Positions 11,930 to 26,259 of a stretch of DNA of 64,000 nucleotides are shown here, in pieces. Source of the stretch: Octopus sinensis. Its lineage: Eukaryota. A program made the translations under genes and the position numbers. Position 1 is the first letter of the stretch, and each line of letters opens with the position of its first letter. The stretch spans positions 38,750,001-38,814,000 of the forward strand of contig NC_043010.1 of the NCBI RefSeq assembly GCF_006345805.1, read 5' to 3'. A model generated the notes under the pieces. That model saw only the letters and a list, made by a program, of their open reading frames with translations, searched no databases and was not told where the DNA came from.

Positions 11930-12495
11930 TTGAGAAAAAGTCTTGCATATTCTGTATTGTGTGAGATAGTTGGTTGCTTTCTTTTTTCTGAAAATCTAAG
12001 CTAATTCAGACTGTCAGTTAAGCATTCACTCACAAAACCAAGTGTGCCAGCTATTGTTGGTCTAAACGTAAATTTGTAACTTGGAAGTAGAAATTAGAGA
12101 TTTCAAAGCAGCTGCCCATAGTTATCCCATTTCTCTTTGATTTCCAAGGAGACATTCGTATCATTAGGACAGCTGACCTTTGTGAAAGTACATAATTTTC
12201 TTGTCAGTCCCAAACAGCAATATCCGACCTGTTACACTTACACTTGACAGATATTTCGTTGCGAATGTTCCATGAGATTATCTACGTTTATTCGCGGACA
12301 GTCTTAGTTCCCCGTTGACGTATTTTACTTTCGTGACAACGTCATGTAGTATAGGAAGGTAGTACTTTGATTTACATTTTTGGGCAGCAGCTTTTGACAT
12401 CTGTGATGTCTTTCACATAAATATGACATAAACTGCATCATCAGTTGTGCCTTGGAACACCAAGGGGCCCCACTGTCTCTTTTCGTTATCAGTTT

Positions 12496-12496
<1 letters not shown>
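11930..12496 (-). mobile_element. REL-endonuclease LINE 3' fragment (R2 group), older subfamily, 5' end abutting (CATA)n
   Basis: Minus translation with stops and frameshifts: LITKRDSG...KDITDVKSCCPKM..KYYLPILHDVVTK...WNIRNEISVKCKCNRSDIAVWD...LCTFTKVSCPNDTNVSLEIKEKWDNYGQLL..FLLPSYKFTF. It aligns with 24076-24687. Confidence 0.8.
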
Positions 12497-12527
<31 letters not shown>

Positions 12528-13225
12528 TGTATGTATGTATGTATGTATGTATGTATGTGTGCATGTAGTAAATATATATATATGTATGCACACATACACA
12601 CACACATATATATATAAATAACCATGTTCTCTAACCTGCAAAATTCACTGCAGAGAATTATTTTCTGCAGAATTATTTCCGGTATTTTGGCGCGAAGACT
12701 TTTGAAATATAACTCCAAATGTAATTGGTAGAACTATATGCATGCTCAATCTCATGCGGACGTCTCGTGTAAAGTTCTGCAAATTATATTTTGCTATGAC
12801 GATCACACTGATGAATTGCGGACATTTACATAAATATTACTTGAATGGTAACAATAAAATCGGGTTTGTGATTAATCTTTATATTTTGTATCTTTTCATT
12901 TGTCTTGCTCGCTTACGTTCTGGCATTTGCTGAATTTTCCTGAGAACAATATTTCCTTAGTGGTTAGACCATATGGGGTCTACCTCTGGCATAATGGATG
13001 TCCACTTAGTGGTCATCCCACTTATATGTATGTGTATATATATAGATGTATACATGTATATGAATACACCGGATTGTTCATTTACAAAGTTATCTTACAG
13101 AGAAAAAAAAGGAAGAAAGACAGAAAGAAAAAGAAATAATAAAAATAAAACTTAAAAATGTAAGCAAAGAAAAATAGAGGAGTAGAAGGAAAAGGAATAT
13201 CATTATAATTATCATCATTATTATT

Positions 13226-13376
13226 GAGGCGGAGAGCTGGCTGAATTGTTAGCACGCCGCTTTGGGGTATTTCGTCCGTCTTCATGTTCTGAGTTCAAAT
13301 TCCGTCGAGGTCGACTTTGCCTTTCAACCTTTCGGGGTCGATAAAATTAGTACCAGTTACGCACTGGAGTCGATGT
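13226..13376 (+). mobile_element. SINE family A, 5' part
   Basis: gagctggctgaattgttagcacgcc...gttctgagttcaaattccgtcgaggtcgactttgcc...aagtaccagttacgcactgg. Confidence 0.85.
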
Positions 13377-13589
13377 GTGCGGTCAACACCACCAAAACAA
13401 CGCCAACAATATCAGTAAGAGCAGCAACGATAGCAAAATTCAAGATCACGATCTGGATATCCGACTGAATATCACCAAGGTCAGAAATTGAAGCGTTACA
13501 GATTTATCCTCCCATCCAAGACAACACTGGTATCAACAGAAATGCTATACACACTGATTTACACATGTGTCTGTTTATGTTTATATGTG

Positions 13590-13800
13590 GTTCTTCAATA
13601 ATGGCCATCGATTGGTCTTTGCTATTTCTCAATGATCTTCCTCATTTTCAAGGATGTCCCGTCTTCAATATTTTCTTGGAACCAATGTTGAGTGAAATAT
13701 GCATTCTCTAGCCCAAATGCGAGATCAACACTGCGAGAGGTTTCAACTGCTTTTTAAAGTCATAAAATCAGATCACTCGAATTTACGTTTTTTATTTTTC
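13590..13800 (-). mobile_element. Decayed mariner transposase N-terminal (HTH) fragment
   Basis: Minus, with frameshift: IRVI*FYDFK..AVETSRSVDLAFG..QHWFQ, resembling the Hsmar1-type N-terminus IRAIFLFEFK..AAETTRNINNAFG..QWWF. Confidence 0.45.
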
Positions 13801-14528
13801 TATTTGGTAAACAAGAAGAAACAGTGGAAGGCAAAACCATTAGCATGAATCAATAGACGAGAATCTATGCTTTAAAACGGTATTTTATGTGAAGATAGCA
13901 AATATAAAAGTTTATTCTAAAATGCATTGAACAGGATTCTATACAATAGCCAACAGCGCACTAAGAGACGGCGCTGATGTGAAGCTCAATAACATTTTGC
14001 CGAAGCGAAGTTGAATCAAAACAAGATTATAGTCAGCTAGTGGAATCAACATTTTTTAGAATGTTGGCGGAAATACAATAGCAAAGAAAGCATTGCCAGG
14101 AAATCAACAAAATGCAGCACTTAAAATTGTAATGTTCGTCTATACAATTGTTCAGTTGTAGAATATTATTTCTTATCTAAACCAATGCTTAGCCATATGT
14201 CTCGCAAACAACTCCCATTAATTGAATTAACTTAAATTCGAAACTCTACTCCATATTACTTATGTTTAATGGTTAAAAACTGCAATGAGTTTTACACCTG
14301 TCATGTATTGTTGACAAGTCGAGCAAATGTTGTGGCGTAGAAGAATCTGCACATCGAACATTTGATTCGGCTCTTTCCGTTCTGAATTCAAATCTTGACC
14401 AACGTCGCGCCTCATCTCTGGACTCGATAGAGTCAAGCACTGGAGACGATATGATCGAATTTCACTAAATATTTGGACTTGCGTTTCTTTCAGAAACTAC
14501 AGTGTGCAGCAGAAAGGTTCCCCTGGTT

Positions 14529-14935
14529 AAGGCGGTGGGTTGGCAGGATCGTTAGCACGCCGGGTGAAATGCTTAGCAGTATTTCGTCTGCCGCTATGTT
14601 CTGAGTTCAAATTCCGCCGAGGTCGACTTTGCTTTTCATCCTTTCGGGGTCGATTAAATAAGTACCAGTTACGCACTGATGTCGATGTAATCGACTTAAT
14701 CCGTTTGTCTGTCCTTGTTTGTACTCTCTGTGTTTAGCCCCTTGTGGGCAGTAAATAAATAGGTATTTCGTCTGTCTTCAAATTCCGCCTTGGTCGACTT
14801 TGCCTTTCATTCTTTCGGGGTCGATAAATTAAGTATCAGTTACACACTGAGGCCGATGTAATTGATTCAATCCATTTGTCTGTCCTTGTTTGTCCCCTCT
14901 GTGTTTAGCCCTTTGTGGACAGTAAAGAAATAAGA
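14529..14935 (+). mobile_element. SINE family A plus a second, 5'-truncated unit
   Basis: Full unit 14529-14762, then a unit restarting at ggtatttcgtctg and ending gtaaagaaataag. Confidence 0.9.
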
Positions 14936-16255
14936 TAGGTTGCCTTGATTTCAAGGGTTAATAAAAAAGTAAACGCATAAAGCTGCATGAAAATAATTTG
15001 TATTTCTATAAAGTTCATTAAATGCCATTTGTTTTCTGCTTCAGGTAGTATCCATCTTGGCCTGGGGGGAAGAGCATCATTTTTTCTTGTATCTTCATAC
15101 ATGTATTTGTTTTTTGTTTTTGTTTTTTTATTAACCTCTGAAATCGAGCAACCATTCTGTTGCACCCTGTATTAACAAGATAAACCAGGAGGGTTACACA
15201 GATTGCTCAATAGCCAGTATGAGAACCAAATTGAACAGTCTGAATCAAGAACAAAGTTTCACGAGTTGTATCCCCATGTCCGCAGCTGTGTTACTTTCAG
15301 TTACTAAAGTAAAGAAAGTATTTAAATCGATGAACACTGGACACTTTAGCTCAGCAACTAAAGCGAGCCACCACACGTAGAAGCTCTCACTGGTTTGTCA
15401 AATGTCTAATAGTTTTTTATTGAAACGGCGCCTTCAAAGTTTTTTCCAGTATGAATAATAAAGGAACTCATCAAATTTCTTATATTTCCTAACCGATCGA
15501 TCAAAAGCAACAAAAAAGAAAAAAAGAGAAATTATTTTGTTTTCCTCATCTAACGAAAAGAAAATTTTTCTATGATATATTCAGACACTCACACACACAT
15601 ACACACACACACACACACCACACACACACACATATATATATATACTTATATTTATGTATTTATGAGTATATATAAAATGCGCACACATATAATGATATAT
15701 AAAAATACTATGTTCTATTTCCATATAGTTTAGGCATTACAGGATATGAAACTTTCTGATGCAAATATCAGAATAAATATACAAAAACTACATCCACACC
15801 TATGCATATATATTTACACAAATAACGAGATAGTTTCAAGTGAAAAAAATCAGCATATATCGCTTCACATATCAGTAAATGTAATGGACAAATTATACCG
15901 GATTAAGAATTAGTGTTACCGTATATGAAAAAAAATATGCATGTTGTAAAATTAAGACAAAAATTACATGAAATTAAAATCTTTTAAACTTCGGACTCAC
16001 GAATGGTTTTCTTCAGTCATAAGTTTATATACATTAAGACAATTATAATTGGTTTTAAGCTATATTAAGACAGCTAAGATTGGTTTAGCGCAAAGTATTT
16101 TTGTATACATAAAGAAACACCGAATTTGTTTTGGAATCGAAAGAGAACCGAAAGTTATTCGAAGGCACTTAACCATTGATAGTGTTTATCGGTTATATTA
16201 GTTATGAATTTTCCAAAATATAATATTTTAAGATCACCCCCTCTATATGTGTGTA

Positions 16256-17584
16256 TGCGGTGGTATCAACGCGTTCATGGACTAGTTCTTTCACGCGTCA
16301 ACAGATGGCAGTACACGGTTGCGTGCGCAGTGAGACCTAGATGTGACCTTAATGAGGCAATGTGCCGAGTGAAATCGCTGCGTTTACTTCGTATGTTGTG
16401 AAGTTTGTGCTTTTGTGAAGTTTGTGCTTTTGTATGCTGTAGTCGGCGATTTTGTCGTGGACAGGAATCTGAAACGAAGAGCAAAGGCAAAATTTTGAGG
16501 TAAAACTTGGGATATCTGCTGCAGAAACATTGATCCTGCTTTGGTGAATTTACAGCGGTTAAGCAATGGGTCGTACGCACTATTTCCAGTGGTAGGTGCA
16601 CTTCAAAAGTGGAAGAACGCCCCTACAAGACGATGGGCGATCTGGAAGATCTGCCACGACCGTCATCCCCAGAAATGAGAAGAAAATTCATCAGTTTGTG
16701 CATGAGGATCTTTGGAAGACAATCAACAACATCGCTGACGTTGTCAATGTGTCGCATGGCTCCGTGCAGGCAATCGTAACATTTGAATCGTACGTGCAGC
16801 GTGTCTCTGCCAAGTTTGTCGGCCACTGTCGACCACTGAGCAGCAAAAAGGACATCGCGTCGAAATCTGTCAAGATCTCCGTCAGCGTGTCACTATGGCC
16901 CATCCTCCATGTCGAGGATCATCACCTGTGACGTGAGGTGTGTCTATGCATATGACCCCAAGACGAAGCAGCAGGCATCTCAATGAAAGAGCTCTCCATT
17001 TTCACTACCGAAGAAAGTACAGCAGAGCTGCAGCTTAGCCAAGAGAATGCCCATCGTTTTTCTCGACATCCGCAGCAGTCGGCAGCGAGAATTCGCCCCC
17101 CAGGGCCTGACCATTGGTCGCGAATTCTACTGCGACGTTTTGAAGCGTTTGAAGGCAGACATTCGGCAAAAGTTAACGAATCTGTGGAACCCAAAAAATT
17201 GGATTCTTCGCGACGATAATGCACTCCGTCAGCGAGATTTACGCTCTAGCGAGATTACTCACCCCCAAAAAACAACAACATCGTTTCCACACCGGCCCTT
17301 TCAACAGATTTAGTACCTACAAACTTCCATCCTTTCCTCGAGATGAAAATGCATCCTAAAGCTCACCGCTTTAACACCGTTGTCGAGATTAAGAGCGAAT
17401 TGCAGAAGGCCGTTGACGCACAGAAAACGACTTCCGGACCGAATTCCAGAAGTGGCAGAAGCACTGAGGCTGGTGCATTGCTGCTGAAAGTGACTGTTTC
17501 GAAGGAAATGATGATAAAACTTAAGTGAATAAATTTTTAAAAAATAAAATATAACTAGTCCGTGAACGTTTTGATATCACCTCA
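16256..17584 (+). mobile_element. Full-length (1329 bp) decayed mariner transposon
   Basis: ~32-bp TIRs (tgcggtggtatcaacgcgttcatggactagtt / aactagtccgtgaacgttttgatatcacctca) and TA on both sides. Fragments FKSGRTPLQDDGRSGRS, RVSAKFV, YAYDPKTKQQASQ, WILRDDNA are broken by frameshifts. Confidence 0.92.
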
Positions 17585-17648
17585 TATATGTGTGTATGTG
17601 TGTATGAGTGAGCATTTACATATATCTGAGACTGTGTATGTACATATA

Positions 17649-18678
17649 CACAGACATGCAGGAATTATATAGACACCTTTGATTATCAAAATTTCTGATC
17701 TGTCTTAATATATTACCAGCGGTGTAGAATTTACAATGTAATTATTTTTTTTCATTCCAGGTGTCATTATATTAAAGATTTGCGAAGAGTAACCATGCCA
17801 CGCACAAAAAATTCAGCAAAACTGTCAGATTTTCAAAGAGGTCGTATTGTTGGGCAATCTGAGGCTGGTCTTAGCCAGCAAAAAATTACCGAGCAGCTCG
17901 AAGAAAACCTCTCCTTGAACCAATTAATATCATGAAAAGAAAGAAATGGGCTAAGAAGATGTCAGAAAAACCTAGTTCATTTTGGGATAGGGTGATTTTC
18001 TCAGATGAATCCAGATTTGCATTATTTTCAGACAGTAGACGTGTTTGGGCCTGGAGGCTTCCCAATCAAGAGTTTGATTTGAAACGACTCCAACCAACTG
18101 TGAAACGTGGCAGTATCTGTAATGGTATGGGTAGCTGTCACCAGCAACGGTCGTTATGAGCTGATCTAATGTTTTGGAATCTTAAACTCTGAAAAATACA
18201 ATACTTAAGCAAGGACTACTTCCAATGTATTCACACGATAACATAATGAAAAATCAGTTTTTATTAATGGGAGATGGGGCTCCATACCATACAGCGAAAA
18301 GGAATCAACAATGGCTGACTGAGAATAGGATCAAAAAGTTTCCTTGGCCAAGCCAATCTCCTGATATGAACCCAATTGAATATCTTTGGAGCATACTAGA
18401 TAGAGCTATACGAAAATCTCGACAGAATCCTAAATCTAAAGATGAATTGTTTCGATTGTTGCGTGAAAAGTGTGCAGAAATTCCACGAGACAAACACAAT
18501 GTTCGTCAGTTCAATGCCAAAAAGAGATTCTGAATAAAAAATTGCAAAGAGAATGTCAACTAAATACTAAAGTAAGTATCTAGTCCTATCTATCGATTAC
18601 ATTTCAATTGTTCGCTTTGCGTATTAAATAAAATATTTTGAAAATGAATAGAGTCTATTTACTTCCTGCGTGTCTGTG
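17649..18678 (+). mobile_element. Tc1-family transposon, internally deleted (1030 bp)
   Basis: TIRs cacagacatgcaggaattatatagac / gtctatttacttcctgcgtgtctgtg with TA flanks. ATG at 17795 MPRTKNSAKLSDFQRGRIVG; VIFSDESRF; GDGAPYH...WPSQSPDMNPIEYLW (DD34E-type motifs). Confidence 0.92.
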
Positions 18679-19487
18679 TATATGTTTAGCTTTATATATG
18701 TAGATGAAATAGTTTATATATGTAGATGAAATATATGTAGATGAGAATGTACGATAATTAGGAAAGCCATATATTATGGTTCTGCATTAAACTCATTATA
18801 ACATTCATTTTCCGTAATGAATTGTCGGTTGAATTGACATGTCAGCAGAAAACACGATAGGATACCGTAGATATAACTCTGGTGAAATTAATGGATTTCA
18901 GATATATGTAGATTACGCTTTGTCGTTTAAAATTGTCACCCTACCACTTCAGTCTCCTACGTTCAGGGAAATTTGTGCGAAAAAAAAATTATAAACAGGT
19001 TTTCCTTACTAATATAATATTATGAACGTGCAACTTTCGTTTCCGCGGAAAGAGAGAATTACACAGAAGTCTATTTCCAGCCAATATCCCGAATGTTCAG
19101 TAACTGTCATAATTTTTTTTTTTTACTTCATTTTTCTATTTTCCCTGCCTCCACGACTAGATGTGCGGTGGTTTGTATGTAATTGAAATATTTAGCGCTC
19201 ATTTTCGAAACACTGGAAAGCAAAACAAAAGCGAAACGATACACAGGAAGCTTTTTTGTATTAAAACAAAGAATCTAATTTATTTTATATAATAAGATAG
19301 CTACATAGATGATAGACGTAAAGCTGATGAGTTGGAACGCAGACTGTATGGCTTTCCTAATTCATTATTGTATATATACACATAAACTACCATTCTACTA
19401 CCATTCTATTGTCTAAAAAGTATTTTTCTTAATCTTAACTTTTTGAAAATTTTTTTCTCTAAATACAGACACATACATACACACAAA

Positions 19488-19526
<39 letters not shown>

Positions 19527-19566
19527 GTACACATGTACGTATACATATATACATATAATATAGACG

Positions 19567-19690
19567 CAAGAGTGGGTGTGTGGAAATTAGTTGGCTTCCC
19601 AACCACATGGGTCCGGGTCCAGTGCAGGAACCATGTGGCAACTTGGGCAAGTGTCTTCGGCTATAGCCTCGGGCCGACCAAAGCCTTGCA
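19567..19690 (+). mobile_element. SINE family B, 5' half
   Basis: ccaaccacatgggtccgggtccagt...ttgggcaagtgtcttcggctatagcctcgggccgaccaaagccttg. Confidence 0.85.
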
Positions 19691-19834
19691 CGCCCACACA
19701 CGTCTAATATACGCACATACCCGCACACGTCTATATACGAACACACACACGCACACAAAAACTGGTTCATACATACGTATATATACGTATATATATACGT
19801 ATATATATACGTATATATATACGTATATATATAC

Positions 19835-19882
<48 letters not shown>

Positions 19883-20175
19883 TGTGTATGTATATATACA
19901 ACTCACATATGTATATTTTTATACCTGTTCGAAGAGAACCATATATAGAGAGTAAATACAGAACAAATAAATAATTTCCATGCATGTAATTGTATTCAGT
20001 TACATACTAACACAAATACTCATACACAGAGAAACGCATTTTACATAGTTACCTTTGTAATTGTACATTTAATTACCTATATTTATATGTCACTGGCTGA
20101 AATACCCCGTTCTCTGTAGACGTGCACAAAAGCAGCTCACAGTCACCCGTGGAAAAACATGTGCAAACGAGCATT

Positions 20176-20218
<43 letters not shown>

Positions 20219-21500
20219 ACACGCACATACACACATATATATACATACATGCTTACATTCATACATTTGTTTATATATTCATATGCATATATATACACAC
20301 TCACACACATACACACACATATATATATATACATGCATACATTCATAAATTTATATATGTATAAACATATTCATAAGGTAGCATATATATATATATATAT
20401 GTATCTTTGTACATCTCTTTTTTCCTATCTCTCCTCTTTTTCTCTATTCATATCATTACGAACATACATATATACACATATGCATTGCATACAAGCACAC
20501 ACACACATATATATATGTATATACACACACACGTATATATATACGTATATATATACGTATATATATACGTATATATATATATATATATAATATCTAAGCC
20601 TATACATATACACATACACACTCACACACACGTACACACATAAACACACACACATACACATGTACATATCCATATTTATGTATATATCTCTGTGTGTCTA
20701 TATGGTCATACGCATAACTGTAAATTATATATTGTCTTGAGAGTAACTTAGTCAGAAATCCGTCCTCACTAACAGAAAAACAAAAGAAAACAAAAAGAAA
20801 CTCAGAAAGAAGACACCAAATAAAGAACTTCTAAAATGACAGAGAAGCGAATAGACAGTTCTTTAGATAATAAGTATACTTGGAGAAGACATCTTCGCTA
20901 TTGAAACAGAGATAATCTCGTTTGCACCAACAGAAATAGATAATTTCGGAGTCTCTTCATTATTCTCTCTTGTGCTTGGTGACTGCCAGTGGAACTGTGT
21001 ATATCTGGGCGTGTTTCTAAGCGTGTGTGAATGTTTCTAAGCGTGTGTGAGTGTTGTGAGTGCGCGCGCGCGCGCGCGCGTGTGTGTGTATGTGTGTGCT
21101 TAGCTGTCTGCATGTTTGTGTATGTGCGTACGGGGCTGTATAATGCATGGAAGTTCATGGTAATCCAATCAATTCGTCTAGATTATTTATATAATACCGA
21201 ATCGCTTGGCCTTTTTGGTCAGTAATTGATTTGTGTACGTGTATATGTATCTCTGGCTTTGTGTCCGCCTGTGTGCATGCCTGTCTGTGTGTGTGTGTGT
21301 GTGTATGTATGTGTATGTATATATATGTGTGTGATTGTGTACTATTCTGCGTATATATACATATATTATAGTCTTTTATTAGAAGCTCATGTGCTTCCCA
21401 ATGGGACTGAACCTGAAACGACATCATTGTGAATCGAATTTTGTATGCTCATAGTCAACTCTCTCTGTCTCTGCCTCTGTCTGTCAGTCTGTCGCTCTCT

Positions 21501-21544
<44 letters not shown>

Positions 21545-22172
21545 TAATTTAGGGCATCTAAGAGATACCTCCACGCTGGAAATATGGCTACCTTTTAGTG
21601 TATGGTTTCCCTTTAGTTACCCATTAGTACACATATTGAGAAATGCGCAAAGCAACTACTATTACAATTTATAATCTTTCCATTCTATCAATGTGCCATT
21701 GGAACACCAACACAAGTTAGATTAAATAAGGAAACCTTCATTGAAAGATATAAGCCACAACGTAACCATTTCTAACATTTTTAAATAAGGAAACGTTCCT
21801 CAATGAAAAAAAAATATAAAGCAAAACCTAACCACTTGTAACATTCTATTCCTTTTATTCCTTCTAAACCAAATCATGTTAAATTAGTCATTCCCAACAT
21901 GTTTGATTATCTCCCTTATAGCGGAAAAAATCCCTGATTACCTTCTCCTGCCTGGAACTCCATATTTCACCACATAGCGAAGACATTACACGGTATAGGT
22001 AAAACAATTTGAAAAGAAAATACGAAACCGGTTATTTCCCCAAAAGCTATGTTACTATACGCAAAGTTTTATGACATTTTTCTAACATAACGATTTAAAT
22101 ATATTCTTTAACCATATAACACAAGTCTTCTGTAGTTTTTTCACCCTATTTTGTCTTTTATATATATATATT

Positions 22173-22905
22173 TTTTAATAATATATTATTATTAATATTA
22201 GGAGATCAATATCAGAAAACTCCCCAGAAAGATATACTCATGTGAAAAATAATTGTTGTATTAAAAATATATAAATAAATAAATATAAATATGCATAAAA
22301 ATATATGTAACTATGTATAAGTATAAATATATAATGTATATGAAAGTTTAAAAGTGTTGAATAAAGTATTTAAAGCATCTTACGATCGTTTAAGAGAAGT
22401 GTTGTCCCTATAATGAAATCCTATATTGATAAGCATTTATAAACAACTCTTCTGCTCTTCAGAGATACAAAATTTAAATTCAGTATAACATATCGAATTG
22501 TTAATTCTTAATTTATCTTTCAAACAAACACCATTTTATAGTATTACTTCAAATTAAAAAAAAAATACTACCATTCGATATGTTATACAGAATTTTAACT
22601 TTATATCTCTGAAGAGCAGAGAGTTGTCTATAAATGCTTATCAATATAGAGACAACACTTCTGTGAAACGATCGTAAGATGCTTTAAATACTCAATTCAA
22701 AACTTTTAAACAGTCATATACATTATATATTTATACTTATACGTATTTATATATATTTTTATACATATCTATATTTATTTATATATTTTTATACATATCT
22801 ATATTTATTTATATATTTTTAATACAACAATAATTTTTCACACGTGTATATCTTTCTGAGAGTTTTCTGATATTGATTTCCTAATATTAATAATAATATA
22901 TTATT

Positions 22906-22909
<4 letters not shown>
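22173..22909. mobile_element. AT-rich fold-back element / long-TIR MITE in (TA)n
   Basis: Arms 22173-22498 and 22573-22909 are reverse complements (shared gtatttaaagcatcttacgatcgttt, ctgctcttcagagata, gtataacatatcgaat); 74-bp spacer; (TA)n on both sides. Confidence 0.9.
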
Positions 22910-22954
<45 letters not shown>

Positions 22955-23111
22955 AATCGATCGTATTAAATATATATATAATCGTTCGTATTAAATATAT
23001 AAATACCGTAATAGTATTGATACTGTGATTCAACAGAGCATTGAATATAAATTCAGTATATAATAATTTCATTGAATATTTTTAACTAAACATTTATATT
23101 TTGTCTCATAT

Positions 23112-23142
<31 letters not shown>

Positions 23143-24075
23143 CAAATATTTACTACTGTTTCGACCTCCTTCATTGCGCTAATGTACACACATAGTGGCA
23201 TACATACATTCATACATACATACATACATACATATATACATACATACATACATACATACATACATGTATGTATATATATATGTGTGTGTGTCTATATATA
23301 TCAATATATATTTATATATATATATGGAGAGAAAAGGGTGGGCGGGAGAGAATGAGATAGAGAGAATGATTAAGTAAGAAAGAGAGAGGGAGAGAGTGAG
23401 AATCTCTAAAATGTGTAGACACACCCACTTTTCGGCTCCTGGATAAGGTCGCATTGAATTATTTAAAGTTGTTCAAAGAATCCAGCCTAGCTATAAAACT
23501 TCCTACCAGCTCATCGAAATCCGACGGTCTGGACGTAACTATTGACTTCGAGACTGACAACTACTCTAGAAAGTCAAATGAGCGAAATGTTTATTTTTAC
23601 AGACACTCCAACAACGTCCAGCAGCAATTAGAAACCAAGTCACAGACATCGCAGAATTCCCAGTCGATTGGTGTACAGACAGATCTTCAACAAGGCTATA
23701 TCATACTACAGTGAGGCACTAGCGAACAGTGACTTTGCTGATTCGTAAGTGTATGCGGAGGATCTCCTACCTCTTCCTCAAATCCGAAGTTTATTAAAAA
23801 GAGAAAGATGATCTGATTTAATCTTTCATTGATTTTTACTGATAATTCGCGCATAGCCTCGAAGTCCTTGCCGCTAATTGCAATGAATTTTCCAAGAAGT
23901 TAAAGAGATGATAAATCATAATGTTTTTATCTTCCATAACGGCAAAATTAGCTACTCATGCTGAAATAATGTCACTTTCAACATTACATGCTACAACTAA
24001 AGCAAACACAAGCAAACACAGACTTCACTGCCGAAATTCTTCCAATTGTCATATGTATGCATGTATGTATGTATG

Positions 24076-24687
24076 TCAGTATTTAATATATTTCAAGATT
24101 TCTTACCAATAGAGAAAGAACCGGTTTCTAACCTAGATCCAAGGCTCCTTCACTGTAACAACAGGGTATGTTTGTATGCATGTATGTATGTACATATGCA
24201 TGCATGTATGCATGTATGTATGTGTGTATGTATGTATCTGCAAATTTGTATGTTTTATGTATGTACTGTCATGCATAGAGTTGCATATCTAGACATGCTC
24301 ATATATATTTAAATGATAAACTTCTGGAAAGTATTACAGAATTATACAGTTCCGATGATGGTTTGGATCTGTAGTCTTCGAATTAGTTTGCTTGTTTCTG
24401 GTTTCAAGAAGCCTAATTTCTCAAGATTGGTATTTAGGCAATGTGTTACATATCCCAGGGTCACAATAATTACAGATATAAATCTGAACTTGTAACCTGG
24501 ATAGAGTAACTGCAGATTTCTCAATAGTTCAGCATAGGTATTCTCTTTTTCACTGATCTTCAGCTATATGTTAACATCTGCTGGGCAGCTAATTTCCACA
24601 GCTGTGCAGTTTCTCTTCTCTATCCCAAATCATTATATCAGGTCTGTTGTGCTTACATTTTATTGAGGTCTTCACTTGTATATTCCT
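24076..24687 (-). mobile_element. REL-endonuclease LINE 3' end with 3' UTR, flanked by (CATA)n on both sides
   Basis: Minus: RNIQVKTSIKCKHNRPDIMIWDREEKL/TAVEISCPADVNI*LKISEKENTYAELLRNLQLLYPGYKFRF...KLIRRLQIQTIIGTV (RPD..E REL signature). The UTR ends in gacatacatac. Confidence 0.9.
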
Positions 24688-24857
24688 TGTATGTATGTAT
24701 GTATGTACGTACGTACGTAACGTATGAATTTATTTTTCGTATGCATGTATACATACATATACAAATCCCTCTTTCCTCTCTCTCTCACTTTTTTCTCTCC
24801 CGTTCTCATTCCCTTTCACTTCCTCTTTCTCTCTCTTTTACTCCCCCTCTCTCTCAC

Positions 24858-24891
<34 letters not shown>

Positions 24892-25839
24892 ATATATATA
24901 TATATCACCGGAACTGTATAAAAACATTTGACTCTACAACACAGTGTATAAATTCTGTACTTGGAATGACCAAGTTTAAATACTGCTGGATCTCACTCAT
25001 AAGGTATTAGAATCTTACATTGTATATAAACACTATATTTGGAAGGACCCATTCTAAATTCTGTTGAACTTTACTCATAAGGTACTGGAATCTTACATAT
25101 ATACCATTCTGCCTAAAAAATGTATCTACAACTTCAATATCTCTACATATCTTACATCCATTTTCTTCCTCCACTTCACTCTCTATTTCGTATCCTATAT
25201 AAAATATTACTTAACCTCCTTTCACACCGTCTTCGATGAAGGGATATAATTAATAAATATCCTGGAAACAGATGTAAGACCTTCTATCTATAAATGTTCT
25301 AATATCTACATAGCCTTGTTTTTTTTATCTCATTACGCAAAATTCTTATATATATATGTATATATTTATATATATATGAATATATGTATATGTATATATA
25401 TATATGTATATGTATACATATACGCATACAGACATGGATTCATTCATACATACATACCGTATAAGCTCTTGGATATGTCGCACTTTATTTTTACCAAAAA
25501 TTTCGATAAAAATGTGTGGGACGACCTATCCAATCGACATCACAGAAATCTGAAGTGTACGGTGCCGTATTAGTAGTTCAGGTGCGTACTATGAGCTCGT
25601 GCGTAACCTGGGCCTGGGTTATTTTCAGTTTTCAGGTTATTATGGAAACATATTTGATAATATTTAGCAAATATCAGTTTGTGAAATAAATAATATTTAA
25701 GAAATATTAGTTATATTTACGTTAGAAAGAGCCGTGCAACTTCCCCAGTTTATAGTACAACCTATCTGCGCGGCAATCGCAAATATCTCCTTTGCCAACC
25801 TCACATTAAGGGTGCGATCTATCAGCAAGCATATGCGGT

Positions 25840-25923
<84 letters not shown>

Positions 25924-25928
25924 ACACA
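25840..25928. repeat. (CA)n microsatellite
   Basis: Direct reading. Confidence 0.95.
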
Positions 25929-26259
25929 TAATAACAAATGATTTTGGGCGCTTATGGGATTATGATTAACTTAGCTATCTTACGGACGAGCATACAAATA
26001 CACACACTTATGCAGACAGTTATACATGAGATCAGCCATGATCATTAGAAAACATGCGACCAATGAATTACGAAACGATGAAGAAAATGTGAAGTGCAAA
26101 GGGTCATTGAAATAGCTTTTCAATTTTCGCACATGTTACACATTCTAGCAGAGCAGACTGTTGTAACATGAATAAAATTACCCCAGTTGTCAGTTAAATA
26201 TCTGTACGCTTCCACGCAAAATAAACTAGGTTTCAAATTTTGTCAGAAAGTCAAAATTT

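Noticed and set aside
19775-20580. (TATATATACG)n-type tracts at ~19780-19840 and ~20525-20570
   Set aside because: They can arise independently from (TA)n by point mutation and slippage.
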